Assembly: GCA_900316335.1 (NCBI GenBank)
Contig: ONCN01000001.1
Coordinates: 1-45,041 of the forward strand
DNA: 45,041 bases
Source of the DNA: an uncultured Eubacteriales bacterium
GTDB taxonomy: Bacteria > Bacillota > Clostridia > Oscillospirales > Oscillospiraceae
Direction of reading: 5' to 3'
This document shows, in pieces, positions 18,471 through 26,928 of the stretch. The translations under genes were made by a program, and so were the position numbers. Every line of letters begins with the position of its first letter. Position 1 is the first letter of the stretch. Under the pieces are notes generated by a model, which saw only the letters and a program-made list of their open reading frames with translations, ran no database searches and was not told where the DNA came from.

Positions 18471-19097
18471 ATGAAACATTCGATTGCTTTGATCCTGTGC
18501 GCCATTTTGATCCTCACCCTGTTTTCCGGCTGCGCCGGCAAAAAAAGCGAGGCGGAGCTTTACTATGAGGGCGACTGGTACGGCTGGTGGATGATCACCA
18601 ACTCCACGCTGCCGGACTTTGAGGACGATGGACAGACCTCGTATTGGTACGACTGCATCGCCAACTTCAGCTTTTTGATGGCGGGCGGCGGCACGCTCAC
18701 CATCTTTGACGAGGACTCCTCCCGCGACGAGCCCATTGCGGCCATCCCCATTCTGCTCAATAACGAGACCAAGGTCATCACCTCCCGCAAGGACGGCTGG
18801 TTCTATGAGTCCGAGGTCGGTGAGGGGGATCTCACCATTGATCCCGAGGACGCCTACTATGAAAACAACCTGGTCTTTGAACTTCACTTTGAAAACGACG
18901 AAGGCAGCTTTGACGGCTTCTTCTTCCTCTGCCCCTGGGGCGACGACTGGCAGCGCATCGTAGACGACAACCCCGACAGCCTGCCCTATGGCTTTGAGAC
19001 CTGGTATCTGCCCAAGATCGAGGCCGGCGAGTCTGCGCCAGACACCATTGAGCTGGACTACGACGCCATCGACGCGATCCACCAGGAAAACAACTGA
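18471..19097 (+). CDS. Hypothetical lipoprotein (acidic, Trp/Tyr-rich)
   Basis: The start is set at MKHSIALILCAILILTLFSGC (lipobox LFSGC) after AAGGAGGG. I recognise no family. Confidence 0.7.
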   Translation: MKHSIALILCAILILTLFSGCAGKKSEAELYYEGDWYGWWMITNSTLPDFEDDGQTSYWYDCIANFSFLMAGGGTLTIFDEDSSRDEPIAAIPILLNNETKVITSRKDGWFYESEVGEGDLTIDPEDAYYENNLVFELHFENDEGSFDGFFFLCPWGDDWQRIVDDNPDSLPYGFETWYLPKIEAGESAPDTIELDYDAIDAIHQENN

Positions 19098-19120
19098 TCC
19101 CGGAAGGAGAGGGCAGCACC

Positions 19121-19690
19121 GTGCATCCGATCAAGCATTTTATCACCATCACCAAGCACAGGCACAAGGTCATGCTCGGCTGCTTTCGGGTCGGCCTGAT
19201 CCGCCAGGGCCTTTGCCATGATCTGAGCAAGTACGGGCCCACGGAGTTTTGGCAGGGGGCAAGGTTCTACCAGGGCACGCGCAGCCCCAATGCCGCCGCG
19301 CGCGAGCGGTACGGCTATTCCACCGCCTGGATGCACCACAAGGGCCGCAACAAGCACCACTATGAGTATTGGACGGACATCCCGCCCGGCAAGCACACCT
19401 ATGAGGCCGTGCCCATGCCAACCCGGTATCTGGTCGAGTCGGTGATGGACCGCATCGCCGCAAGCAAGATCTACAAAGGGGCGTCCTATCGCCCCGGCGA
19501 CGAGCTTGCGTATCTGCTCCACGCAAGGGAGTCGACCATGATCCACCCCGAGACCTACGAAAAGCTGGTCTGGCTTCTGACCCTGCTTCGGGACCGGGGC
19601 GAGGCGACGACCTTCCGCTTCATCCGGCGGGTCGTGCTCAAGGAGGTCCCGTTTGAAGCCTGGCAGCGCTCGCTCGACCAGCTTGCGTGA
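19121..19690 (+). CDS. DUF5662-like protein (family often mislabelled as catalase); function unknown
   Basis: 189 aa, GTG start after GGAAGGAGAGGG. HPIKHFITITKHRHKVM...HDLSKYGPTEF...YQGTRSPN...GYSTAWMHHKGRNKHHYEYW resembles that family from memory. This has not been verified by a search. Confidence 0.55.
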   Translation: MHPIKHFITITKHRHKVMLGCFRVGLIRQGLCHDLSKYGPTEFWQGARFYQGTRSPNAAARERYGYSTAWMHHKGRNKHHYEYWTDIPPGKHTYEAVPMPTRYLVESVMDRIAASKIYKGASYRPGDELAYLLHARESTMIHPETYEKLVWLLTLLRDRGEATTFRFIRRVVLKEVPFEAWQRSLDQLA

Positions 19691-19704
19691 GGGAAGATTT
19701 TACC

Positions 19705-19733
19705 TTTACAAAACACGGGCCCTATGGTATAGT
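19705..19733 (+). promoter_or_regulatory. Candidate sigma-A promoter of the downstream lipoprotein gene
   Basis: TTTACA (19705-19710), 17 nt, TATAGT (19728-19733), preceded by TGg. Confidence 0.45.
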
Positions 19734-19764
19734 TTAAGTTGAAAAAATATGAGGAGGCAGATCT

Positions 19765-20394
19765 ATGAAAAAATGTCTGCTTTGGCTGCTGATTGCGGCT
19801 ATGCTGATAAGCTTGTTTGGCTGCACGCCCGACGCTGCGCCGGAGGATACCCAGCCTTCCGAGAGCGGCAGCGAAGTTCTCAGCAGCGGCCTTGTCGGCG
19901 CGCCGACCGCCAAAAAGCTGGTGGAGCGGGTCGTCGAATATCTCAACAACGGCGCAAATTTTGAAAAAATCGCGGATCTCTATGACTACAACTCGGCTGT
20001 GGCCTTCAGCCTGGGCCGTATGGGCGTGTGTGAAAGCTGGGAGGAAGCCCAGAAGGCCGCCCTTGCCATCGAAGCGGGCATGGACACGCTCAAGCGGGAC
20101 TACCCCGACGTGGCAGAGAAGCTCGCCGCGCACCTGGATACCCCGGTTGACGACACAGCGCTCGAGGTGTTTGACAGCCTCAAGGAACTGGACTACGTCA
20201 AGCCCATGAGCGAGGAATATGCGCCTGTGACGCATACCTATGATGAGTTCAATCTCAACACCGTCGAGGATACCTTCTACGAATACACCTTCTACGTGGG
20301 TACCAAGCAGGAAACCGTAGACCAGCTCCACATTGAGTTCCTTCGCCGCGACGGAAAATATTATCTGGTCTTTATCGAGCCCAGCGCAGTCTGA
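19765..20394 (+). CDS. Hypothetical lipoprotein
   Basis: 209 aa. MKKCLLWLLIAAMLISLFGC lipobox, GAGGAGG RBS. I recognise no family. Confidence 0.7.
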   Translation: MKKCLLWLLIAAMLISLFGCTPDAAPEDTQPSESGSEVLSSGLVGAPTAKKLVERVVEYLNNGANFEKIADLYDYNSAVAFSLGRMGVCESWEEAQKAALAIEAGMDTLKRDYPDVAEKLAAHLDTPVDDTALEVFDSLKELDYVKPMSEEYAPVTHTYDEFNLNTVEDTFYEYTFYVGTKQETVDQLHIEFLRRDGKYYLVFIEPSAV

Positions 20395-20422
20395 TCTGAC
20401 ACCGGATGTTTCTGCGCAAACC

Positions 20423-20466
20423 AAAAACACGCGACTCTGCCTTTTTTGGCAGCGTCGCGTGTTTTT
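20423..20466. terminator. Bidirectional intrinsic terminator between convergent genes
   Basis: AAAAACACGCGACtCTGCC-TTTTTT-GGCAGcGTCGCGTGTTTTT. A-runs and T-runs lie on both sides, so it can serve both strands. Confidence 0.8.
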
Positions 20467-20481
20467 GGTTTATTCCGGCGC

Positions 20482-22356
20482 TTAGCGGCGTTTGCCCATG
20501 CGCAGTGTGCGCATGGAGTTTAAAATGGCAATGATCGACACGCCCACGTCGCCGAATACGGCCAGCCACATGTTTGCAAGTCCCACTACGCCCAGCACCA
20601 TGATCAGAAGCTTCACCGCCAGAGCAAACACAATGTTCTGCCGCACAATGCGCATGGTCTTCTTTGAAATAGCGATTGTGGAAGCGATCTTGCCGATGTC
20701 GTCGTCCATAATGACCACGTCCGCGGCCTCGATGGCGGCGTCCGAGCCCAAAGAGCCCATCGCAATGCCCACGTCCGCCCTTGACAGAACGGGCGCATCG
20801 TTTAGCCCGTCGCCCACAAAGGCCAGCTTTCCGCGCTCGCCGGTCTCCGCCAGAAGCCGCTCAACGTGTGCGACCTTGTCGCCCGGCAGCAGCTCGGCGT
20901 GGACCTGGTCGATGCCAAGTCTGGCGCCGACAAGCTCCGCCGCCTCGCGGCGATCGCCTGTGAGCATCACAGTCTGCTCCACACCCTGGGCCTTCACCGC
21001 GGCCAGAGCCTCGGCCGCACCGGGCTTGAGACTGTCTGCAATTTCAATGGCGCCGAGGTAGCGCCCGTCCATCGCGCAATAGACCACCGTGCCCATCGAC
21101 TCCAGCACGGGGCAGGGGATGCTCCGCTCCTGCATCAGGGTGGCGTTGCCCAATAGAAGCTGCCTGCCGTCAAGCGTTGTCTCAATGCCCCGGCCGGAGA
21201 GCTCTTGGGTCTGGCCCAGACGCGAAAGCTCCGGCTGCCTGCCGTAGGCCTCGCGGATCGACTGGGCAATGGGGTGGGTCGAGTATGCCTCGCCGTGCGC
21301 GGCAAGCTCCAGCAGCGTCTGCTCGTCCGTTTCCTGCGGCAGGATGCGGGCAACCTTGAACTCGCCCTTGGTCACAGTGCCGGTCTTGTCCAAGACCAGC
21401 GTGCGCAGCGAAGAGAGGAACTCCAGATAGTTGCTGCCCTTGACCAGCACGCCCAGCTTTGAGCAGGCGCCGATGCCGCCGAAGAAGCCCAGCGGCACCG
21501 AGATCACCAGCGCGCACGGACACGAGACCACCAAAAAGATGCAGGCGGTGCGGATCCACTGGCTCCAGCTCTGATGCAGTACCAGCGGCGGCACCAGGGC
21601 CAGCAGCACCGCCAGGATCGTGACCACCGGGGTGTAGATCCGGGCAAAGCGGGTGATAAAGGTCTCCACGCGGGCCTTTTTTGAGCTGGCGTTTTCCACC
21701 AGCTCCAGGATCCGGCTTACGGTGGAGTCCTCATAGACCTTGGTGGTCTGCACGCGCAGCGTGCCGCTGCCGTTGACGCAGCCGGAGATCACGTCGTCGC
21801 CTGCGCTTGCTCTGCGGGGGACCGATTCGCCGGTCAGTGCCGCGGTGTCAAGCAGACTTTCACCCGAGAGCACCGTGCCGTCAAGCGGCACCCGCTCACC
21901 GGGCTTGATCACGATGATCGAGCCCACGGCCACGTCCTCGGGATCTGCCTGCTCCAGACCGTCCTCGGTTTCAAGGTTTGCAAACTCCGGGGCGATGTCC
22001 ATCAGATCCGAGATGGATTTTCTGGACTTGCCCACCGCGTAGCTCTGAAACAGCTCGCCGATCTGATACAGCAGCATCACCGCCACAGCCTCGGGGTATT
22101 CGCCGATGCCAAAGGCGGCCAGCGTGGCAACAGCCATCAAAAAGTTCTCGTCAAAGACCTGGCCGTGGAGGATATTCCGCACGGCATTGGCCAGAATGTC
22201 CCAGCCGATTACGGCATAGGGAATCAGATACAGACCCAGGCGAACCAGCCCCGGCAGAGCTGCCAGGGTCCCCAGATGGTCCAGCACCAGCAGGGCGATC
22301 AGCCCCGCGGCGGCCACCAGGATCCGCATCAGCATGATTTTTTGTTTTTTCGTCAT
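20482..22356 (-). CDS. Heavy-metal translocating P1B-type ATPase (Cd/Zn/Co-type by context)
   Basis: TGES (ALTGESVP), CPC (VVSCPCALVISVP), DKTGT and GDGLNDAP are present. The start is set at MTKKQKIM (ATG 22356). The open frame extends to GTG 22440 and overlaps the HMA gene; see findings. Confidence 0.9.
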   Translation of the reverse strand: MTKKQKIMLMRILVAAAGLIALLVLDHLGTLAALPGLVRLGLYLIPYAVIGWDILANAVRNILHGQVFDENFLMAVATLAAFGIGEYPEAVAVMLLYQIGELFQSYAVGKSRKSISDLMDIAPEFANLETEDGLEQADPEDVAVGSIIVIKPGERVPLDGTVLSGESLLDTAALTGESVPRRASAGDDVISGCVNGSGTLRVQTTKVYEDSTVSRILELVENASSKKARVETFITRFARIYTPVVTILAVLLALVPPLVLHQSWSQWIRTACIFLVVSCPCALVISVPLGFFGGIGACSKLGVLVKGSNYLEFLSSLRTLVLDKTGTVTKGEFKVARILPQETDEQTLLELAAHGEAYSTHPIAQSIREAYGRQPELSRLGQTQELSGRGIETTLDGRQLLLGNATLMQERSIPCPVLESMGTVVYCAMDGRYLGAIEIADSLKPGAAEALAAVKAQGVEQTVMLTGDRREAAELVGARLGIDQVHAELLPGDKVAHVERLLAETGERGKLAFVGDGLNDAPVLSRADVGIAMGSLGSDAAIEAADVVIMDDDIGKIASTIAISKKTMRIVRQNIVFALAVKLLIMVLGVVGLANMWLAVFGDVGVSIIAILNSMRTLRMGKRR

Positions 22357-22397
22357 ATGGATCACCCATGGATGGACCGGCTTAAGGTCCGATCCGC

Positions 22398-22616
22398 TCA
22401 GACCAAAATCCGGCAGCCCTTGTCTACCTTGTCGCAGCACTTCTGCGCCTCGGCCAGGATCTCCTCAAACCGGTCGTCCTCGGCGTCGAGCGTCAGCTTC
22501 TGGGTCATAAAGTTCATGTTTGCGTCGTGCACGCCTGGGATCTTCTTGATCAGCTCCTCCATCTTTGCGGCGCAGTTGGCACAGTCCAGCTCTTCCATCT
22601 TAAACTTTTTCTTCAT
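22398..22616 (-). CDS. Heavy-metal-associated (HMA) domain protein / metallochaperone, possibly the detached N-terminus of the ATPase
   Basis: The start is set at MKKKFKMEELDCANCAAKMEELIKKIPGV after AAAGGAG. A CxxC metal-binding motif sits in a ferredoxin-like HMA pattern. Confidence 0.8.
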   Translation of the reverse strand: MKKKFKMEELDCANCAAKMEELIKKIPGVHDANMNFMTQKLTLDAEDDRFEEILAEAQKCCDKVDKGCRILV

Positions 22617-22635
22617 GGGAATGCTCCTTTCTAAC

Positions 22636-22663
22636 AAAAAGTTGTTCAAACATTCAACTTTTT
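22636..22663 (-). promoter_or_regulatory. Inverted repeat between the arsR-like gene and the HMA gene (candidate second operator or weak attenuator hairpin)
   Basis: AAAAAGTTG-N10-CAACTTTTT. The core GTTG-N10-CAAC (22641-22658) has the same 18-nt frame as the palindrome at 23085-23102. It lies 20 nt upstream of the HMA start. Confidence 0.35.
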
Positions 22664-22684
22664 AAACAAACAAAAGCGCGTGTC

Positions 22685-23059
22685 TCACGCATAGTCCTCC
22701 AGCACGTGGTCCATGCCCTGCGAGCAGATGGTGCGCACGTGGTCGTCTGCCAGCGAGTAGTAGATGACCCGTCCTGCCTTGCGGTACTTGACCAGGTTGG
22801 ACTGCTTCAGCACCCGAAGCTGATGGGACACTGAGGACTTGCTCATCCCCAGCAGCACCGAGATGTCACACACGCACATCTCCGCCTGCATCAGCGCGTA
22901 GAGGATCTTCAGCCGGGTGGAGTCGCTGAACAGCTTGAAGGTGTCTGCAAGGTCCAGCAGGATCCCGTCGTCGGGCATCTCGCCTCGCACCCGGGCGACC
23001 ACCTCCTCATGGATCACGATGCAGTCGCAGCGGTCAAGCTCGATCTCTGTGGGCTTCAT
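22685..23059 (-). CDS. ArsR/SmtB-family metal-sensing repressor (CadC-like)
   Basis: The start is set at MKPTEIELDRCDC after GGAGGTG. It has the alpha3 CVC site (AEMCVCDISVLLGMSKSSVSHQLRVLKQSNLVKYRKAGRVIYYSL) plus N-terminal Cys residues. Confidence 0.85.
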   Translation of the reverse strand: MKPTEIELDRCDCIVIHEEVVARVRGEMPDDGILLDLADTFKLFSDSTRLKILYALMQAEMCVCDISVLLGMSKSSVSHQLRVLKQSNLVKYRKAGRVIYYSLADDHVRTICSQGMDHVLEDYA

Positions 23060-23084
23060 GGAAACACCTCCTTGACAGTTTGAT

Positions 23085-23134
23085 AGTTGAACCACCGTTC
23101 AACCATAATATAGCACCATATGCCCGGTTTGTCA
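23085..23134 (-). promoter_or_regulatory. Promoter and palindromic operator of the metal-resistance operon
   Basis: Minus strand: TTGACA (23134-23129), 17 nt, TATATT (23111-23106). It is followed immediately by the perfect palindrome GTTGAAC-CACC-GTTCAAC (23085-23102). Confidence 0.55.
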
Positions 23135-23151
23135 AGAGGGAAGCGGTGGTT

Positions 23152-23207
23152 TTTCAAAAAGAAAAGCGCCGGCCCTTCGGCCCGCCAAAGGCGGGCGTCC
23201 GGGCCGG
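23152..23207 (-). terminator. Intrinsic terminator of the orphan hypothetical gene
   Basis: Nested GC-rich hairpin CCGGCCC-ttcg-GCCCGCC-aaa-GGCGGGC-gtcc-GGGCCGG (23169-23207). On the minus strand it is followed by CGCTTTTCTTTTTGAAAAA. Confidence 0.7.
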
Positions 23208-23224
23208 TGAAAAAGCAGACTGCT

Positions 23225-24049
23225 TCAGCCGCCGCGCTGGCCGGTCCGCTGCTCTGAGAGGACCTGCTGCATCCCGCGGCTTTCGGGGAAAAACGCGTCG
23301 GTGGGGAAATCCACCCTGGAAAACAGCTCGCAGGGCTCATCGGGGGTGCCGAGATCGTCTGTGCAGGTCTTCTCCGGCATGGTGTATTCAAACGCAGGCA
23401 CCAGAAGCTGGGCCGAGCGCTCCATGCGCACCGTGGAGAACTGCCCCAGCGAGATCAGCAGGCGCTTGCCCTCGCCCTCTGTGACCAGCGGATCTTCAAA
23501 CAGCGAGCCGATGGCCTCCGGGATCTCCGGGCCAAGGCCGCTTCTCGGGCAGACGCACGACTCCGCCACCCGGCAGGTGAGGATCATGGGGTCCACCGCC
23601 TCCACCACGCAGGTGGGCAGATCCGCACGGTAGAGCTGGCGGCGGTCCAGCCTTCGTTCGGCACTCGAGAAGACCTTTGCGCCCGACTCGCCGCCCTCAA
23701 GCACGACCCGCTTGCTGAACACGGCCAGTCCCGTGAGCGTAGAGGGCCGCAGACCCAGATCCACCGTCTCGCCGGTGATCCGGTAGAAGAAGGTCAGATC
23801 CGCTGTAAAGTGGCCCCTGTGGTAGAGCACCGGCTCCACGTCGATGGATACGTGCAAAAGCTCTGCGCTTCTGGCCCGCGCGCCGGCAGCGGCGTCAAGC
23901 GCCACCTGCGACTGGGCGGTGAGATACACCCGCAGATCCTCGATGCAGTCCTTGTCCAGACAGGCGTCCTCGATCTGGCTGGTATGGATCCGGGCCGCCT
24001 GGCGGATCTCATGGATAAAACGGCCTCTGTGGGCCTCTTGTTCCGGCAT
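23225..24049 (-). CDS. Hypothetical protein (274 aa, 9 Cys), unrecognised family
   Basis: Only the C-terminal part of track ORF 23225..25072 is real. ATG 24049 lies 8 nt after a GGAGG RBS (MPEQEAHRGRFIHEIRQ...). Upstream of that point the ORF is antisense to comM. The gene has its own terminator and an upstream TAGAAT box. Confidence 0.6.
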   Translation of the reverse strand: MPEQEAHRGRFIHEIRQAARIHTSQIEDACLDKDCIEDLRVYLTAQSQVALDAAAGARARSAELLHVSIDVEPVLYHRGHFTADLTFFYRITGETVDLGLRPSTLTGLAVFSKRVVLEGGESGAKVFSSAERRLDRRQLYRADLPTCVVEAVDPMILTCRVAESCVCPRSGLGPEIPEAIGSLFEDPLVTEGEGKRLLISLGQFSTVRMERSAQLLVPAFEYTMPEKTCTDDLGTPDEPCELFSRVDFPTDAFFPESRGMQQVLSEQRTGQRGG

Positions 24050-24125
24050 AGAGATACCTCCTTGAAGGGTTGTAACCCATTCTATGATAAAGTGCGCCGA
24101 ATGTGCCGCAAGCGAAAAACAACCG

Positions 24126-24154
24126 TTGTAATTTGCGAAAAGATTTGGTAGAAT
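24126..24154 (+). promoter_or_regulatory. Candidate sigma-A promoter of comM
   Basis: TTGTAA (24126-24131), 17 nt, TAGAAT (24149-24154), preceded by TGg. Confidence 0.45.
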
Positions 24155-24187
24155 GATAAAAGAAACTGCGGCAAGGGAGGCGGGAGC

Positions 24188-25705
24188 ATGACCGGCAAGG
24201 TATATTCCATGGGCATCAGCGGCATCGAGGGCTACCCGGTTTTGATCGACTGCTATATCGGCACGGGGCTTCCGGGCTTTGATCTGGTCGGCCTGCCCGA
24301 CGCCTCGGTCAAAGAGGCCAGAGAGCGCGTGCGCGCCGCGGTCAAGACCTCGGGCTACCGCTTTCCGGTGGGCCGCATCACCGTGAATTTGGCCCCCGCC
24401 AACACCAAAAAATCCGGCTCGCTCTACGATCTGCCCATTCTGCTTTGCATCATGCGCGCGCAGGGAATCCTCGCGCCGCTGCCCGAGCGGACGGCGTTTT
24501 TGGGCGAGCTTGGGCTCGACGGCGGCCTCAGGCCGGTCCAGGGCGTGCTGCCCATGGCCATCGCCGCGGCCAAGCAGGGCTTTGAAACGCTCTATGTCCC
24601 CTGGCAAAACGCACCCGAGGCTACGCTGGCCGACGGGCTTCGCGTGATCCCGGTCCACTCGGTCAAAGAGATCATGGAAAGCCTCATCCAGGGCATCCCC
24701 CTTGCGCCGCAGCCCAAGTGGGAGCAGGCGCAGGACGACCGCTCTTTGCCCGACTTCAAGGACGTCAAGGGGCAGGAAAACGCCAAGCGTGCGCTGGAGA
24801 TCGCCGCAGCCGGCGGCCACAACATCCTCATGGTCGGTCCTCCGGGCTCGGGCAAGAGCATGCTGGCAAAGCGCCTGCCCTCCATTTTGCCGGATATGAC
24901 CCGGCAGGAGTCTTTGGAGGTCACGCAGATCCACTCCATCATGGGTCTGGTGGATCCCAAGCACCCGCTTGTGACGGTGCGCCCGTTCAGAAGCCCACAC
25001 CATACCATCTCCGCGCCCGGCCTTGCCGGCGGCGGCGTGAACCCGAAGCCCGGCGAGATTTCCCTGGCCCATCGGGGCGTGCTGTTCCTTGACGAGCTGC
25101 CGGAGTTCCGCAAGGACACGATGGAGGTCATGCGCCAGCCCTTGGAGGACGGCGTCGTCACCATCACCCGCACCTCCGCCACCGAGACCTATCCCTGCGA
25201 GTTTATGCTCGTGTGCGCGATGAACCCCTGCCGCTGCGGCTGGTACGGCGATCCCTCGGGCCGTTGCACCTGCACAAAGCTATCGGTCGAAAGCTACCTT
25301 GGCCGGATCTCCGGCCCGCTGCTCGACCGGATCGACCTCATCATCGAGGTCCCGGCAGTGGAATTTGACGAGCTTCGCTCGCGCGAGCAGGCGGAGCCCT
25401 CCTCCGAGATCCGCGCCCGGGTGAACGCGGCCCGCGCCATCCAGCGCCGCCGCTTTGCCGGCACTGCCACCCAGTCCAACGCCCGCATGACCCCGGCCCA
25501 GCTTCAAAGCCTCTGCGTGCTGCAAGACGAGCAGGCTGCTTTGATGAAAGAGGCCTTTGAGACCATGGGTCTGACCGCGCGGAGCTATGACCGCATCTTG
25601 AAGGTCGCCCGTACCATCGCAGACCTTGACGGGTCCGACGAGATCGAAACCTGCCATCTGGCCGAGGCCATCCAGTATCGGACCTACCAGATCGGCAGAC
25701 GATAA
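24188..25705 (+). CDS. comM: YifB/ComM-family Mg-chelatase-like AAA+ ATPase
   Basis: 505 aa. It has an N-terminal Lon-protease-like domain, Walker A (GPPGSGKSM), LFLDELPEF and a C-terminal ChlI-like region. Confidence 0.93.
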   Translation: MTGKVYSMGISGIEGYPVLIDCYIGTGLPGFDLVGLPDASVKEARERVRAAVKTSGYRFPVGRITVNLAPANTKKSGSLYDLPILLCIMRAQGILAPLPERTAFLGELGLDGGLRPVQGVLPMAIAAAKQGFETLYVPWQNAPEATLADGLRVIPVHSVKEIMESLIQGIPLAPQPKWEQAQDDRSLPDFKDVKGQENAKRALEIAAAGGHNILMVGPPGSGKSMLAKRLPSILPDMTRQESLEVTQIHSIMGLVDPKHPLVTVRPFRSPHHTISAPGLAGGGVNPKPGEISLAHRGVLFLDELPEFRKDTMEVMRQPLEDGVVTITRTSATETYPCEFMLVCAMNPCRCGWYGDPSGRCTCTKLSVESYLGRISGPLLDRIDLIIEVPAVEFDELRSREQAEPSSEIRARVNAARAIQRRRFAGTATQSNARMTPAQLQSLCVLQDEQAALMKEAFETMGLTARSYDRILKVARTIADLDGSDEIETCHLAEAIQYRTYQIGRR

Positions 25706-25749
25706 GAAACCAAGCGGCGATTTGCCGCCGTACATACAAGGAGAAACCA

Positions 25750-26928
25750 ATGAACGAGATCTTTCTGCTCAAGCTGGGCGAGATCGTCCTCAAGGGGGCG
25801 AACCGCAAGCAGTTTGAAAACCGCCTCAAGGCCAACGTGGCCCGGCGGATGCACCCCTTCGGGGACTTTAAAGTGTCCATCCTGCAATCCACCGTCTATG
25901 TGGAGCCGCAAAACGACCAATGCGACGTAGACGGCGCCTGGGAGGCCTGCCATACCATTTTCGGTGTGGTGAGCCTGTGCCGCTGCCGTCCGTGCGAAAA
26001 GGATCTGGACGCCATCTATGCCGCCATCCTGGCGTATTTGGGCGACGATCTTGCCGCCGCATCCTCTTTTAAGGTGGAGTCCAAGCGCTCAGACAAGCGC
26101 TTCCCGCTCAATTCCATCCAGATTTCCCAGCACATCGGCGGCATGCTTGCCGAGGCCTTCCCCCATGTGGCGGTGGACGTCCACAACCCGGAGTATACCG
26201 TCTACGTCGAGGTCCGCGATTTTGCCGCCTACGTCCACGGTCCTGCCGAGCCCGGCGCGGGCGGCCTGCCCACCGGCGTGGGTGGACGCGCGGCAGTGCT
26301 GCTCTCGGGCGGCATCGACTCTCCCGTTGCGGGGTATATGATCGCCAAGCGCGGCGTAGAATTGGAGTGCATCCACTTTTTCTCCTATCCCTACACCTCC
26401 GAGCTTGCCAAGGACAAGGTGCTTGAGCTTGCCCGGCGCATGACCCGCTACTGCGGAAGAATGAGCGTCAACGTGGTTGGCTTCACCGAGATCCAGGAGG
26501 CCATCCGCGACCACTGCCCCGAGGAGTATTTCACCATCATCATGCGCCGCTTTATGATGCGCATTTCCGAGCGGATCGCGCGTGACCACGGCTGCGGCTG
26601 CCTTGTCACCGGCGAAAACCTCGGTCAGGTGGCAAGCCAGACCATGCAGGCCATGGCCGTCACCCATGCGGTGGTGCATCTGCCGGTCTTCCATCCGCTC
26701 ATCGGTATGGACAAGGAGGAGATCGTCACCATCGCCCGCAAGATCGACACCCTGGAGACCTCCATTCTGCCCTATGAGGACTGCTGCACCGTCTTTACCC
26801 CCAAGCACCCCAAGACCAAGCCGAAGCTGGCCGCGGTCGAGACCGTAGAGAGCCGGCTCGACGTGGAGGGCCTGATCGAGCGGGCCCTGCAAAACACTGA
26901 GATCGTGAAGGTGAGATATCATGGATAA
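25750..26928 (+). CDS. thiI: tRNA 4-thiouridine(8) synthase ThiI (no rhodanese domain)
   Basis: 392 aa. It has a THUMP-type N-terminus and a PP-loop (SGGIDSPVAGY). Confidence 0.93.
   Translation: MNEIFLLKLGEIVLKGANRKQFENRLKANVARRMHPFGDFKVSILQSTVYVEPQNDQCDVDGAWEACHTIFGVVSLCRCRPCEKDLDAIYAAILAYLGDDLAAASSFKVESKRSDKRFPLNSIQISQHIGGMLAEAFPHVAVDVHNPEYTVYVEVRDFAAYVHGPAEPGAGGLPTGVGGRAAVLLSGGIDSPVAGYMIAKRGVELECIHFFSYPYTSELAKDKVLELARRMTRYCGRMSVNVVGFTEIQEAIRDHCPEEYFTIIMRRFMMRISERIARDHGCGCLVTGENLGQVASQTMQAMAVTHAVVHLPVFHPLIGMDKEEIVTIARKIDTLETSILPYEDCCTVFTPKHPKTKPKLAAVETVESRLDVEGLIERALQNTEIVKVRYHG

Noticed and set aside
24050-25072. N-terminal 341 aa of track ORF 23225..25072
   Set aside because: This part is antisense to comM and has GC-artefact composition. 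A strong RBS plus ATG at 24049 defines the real 274-aa gene.
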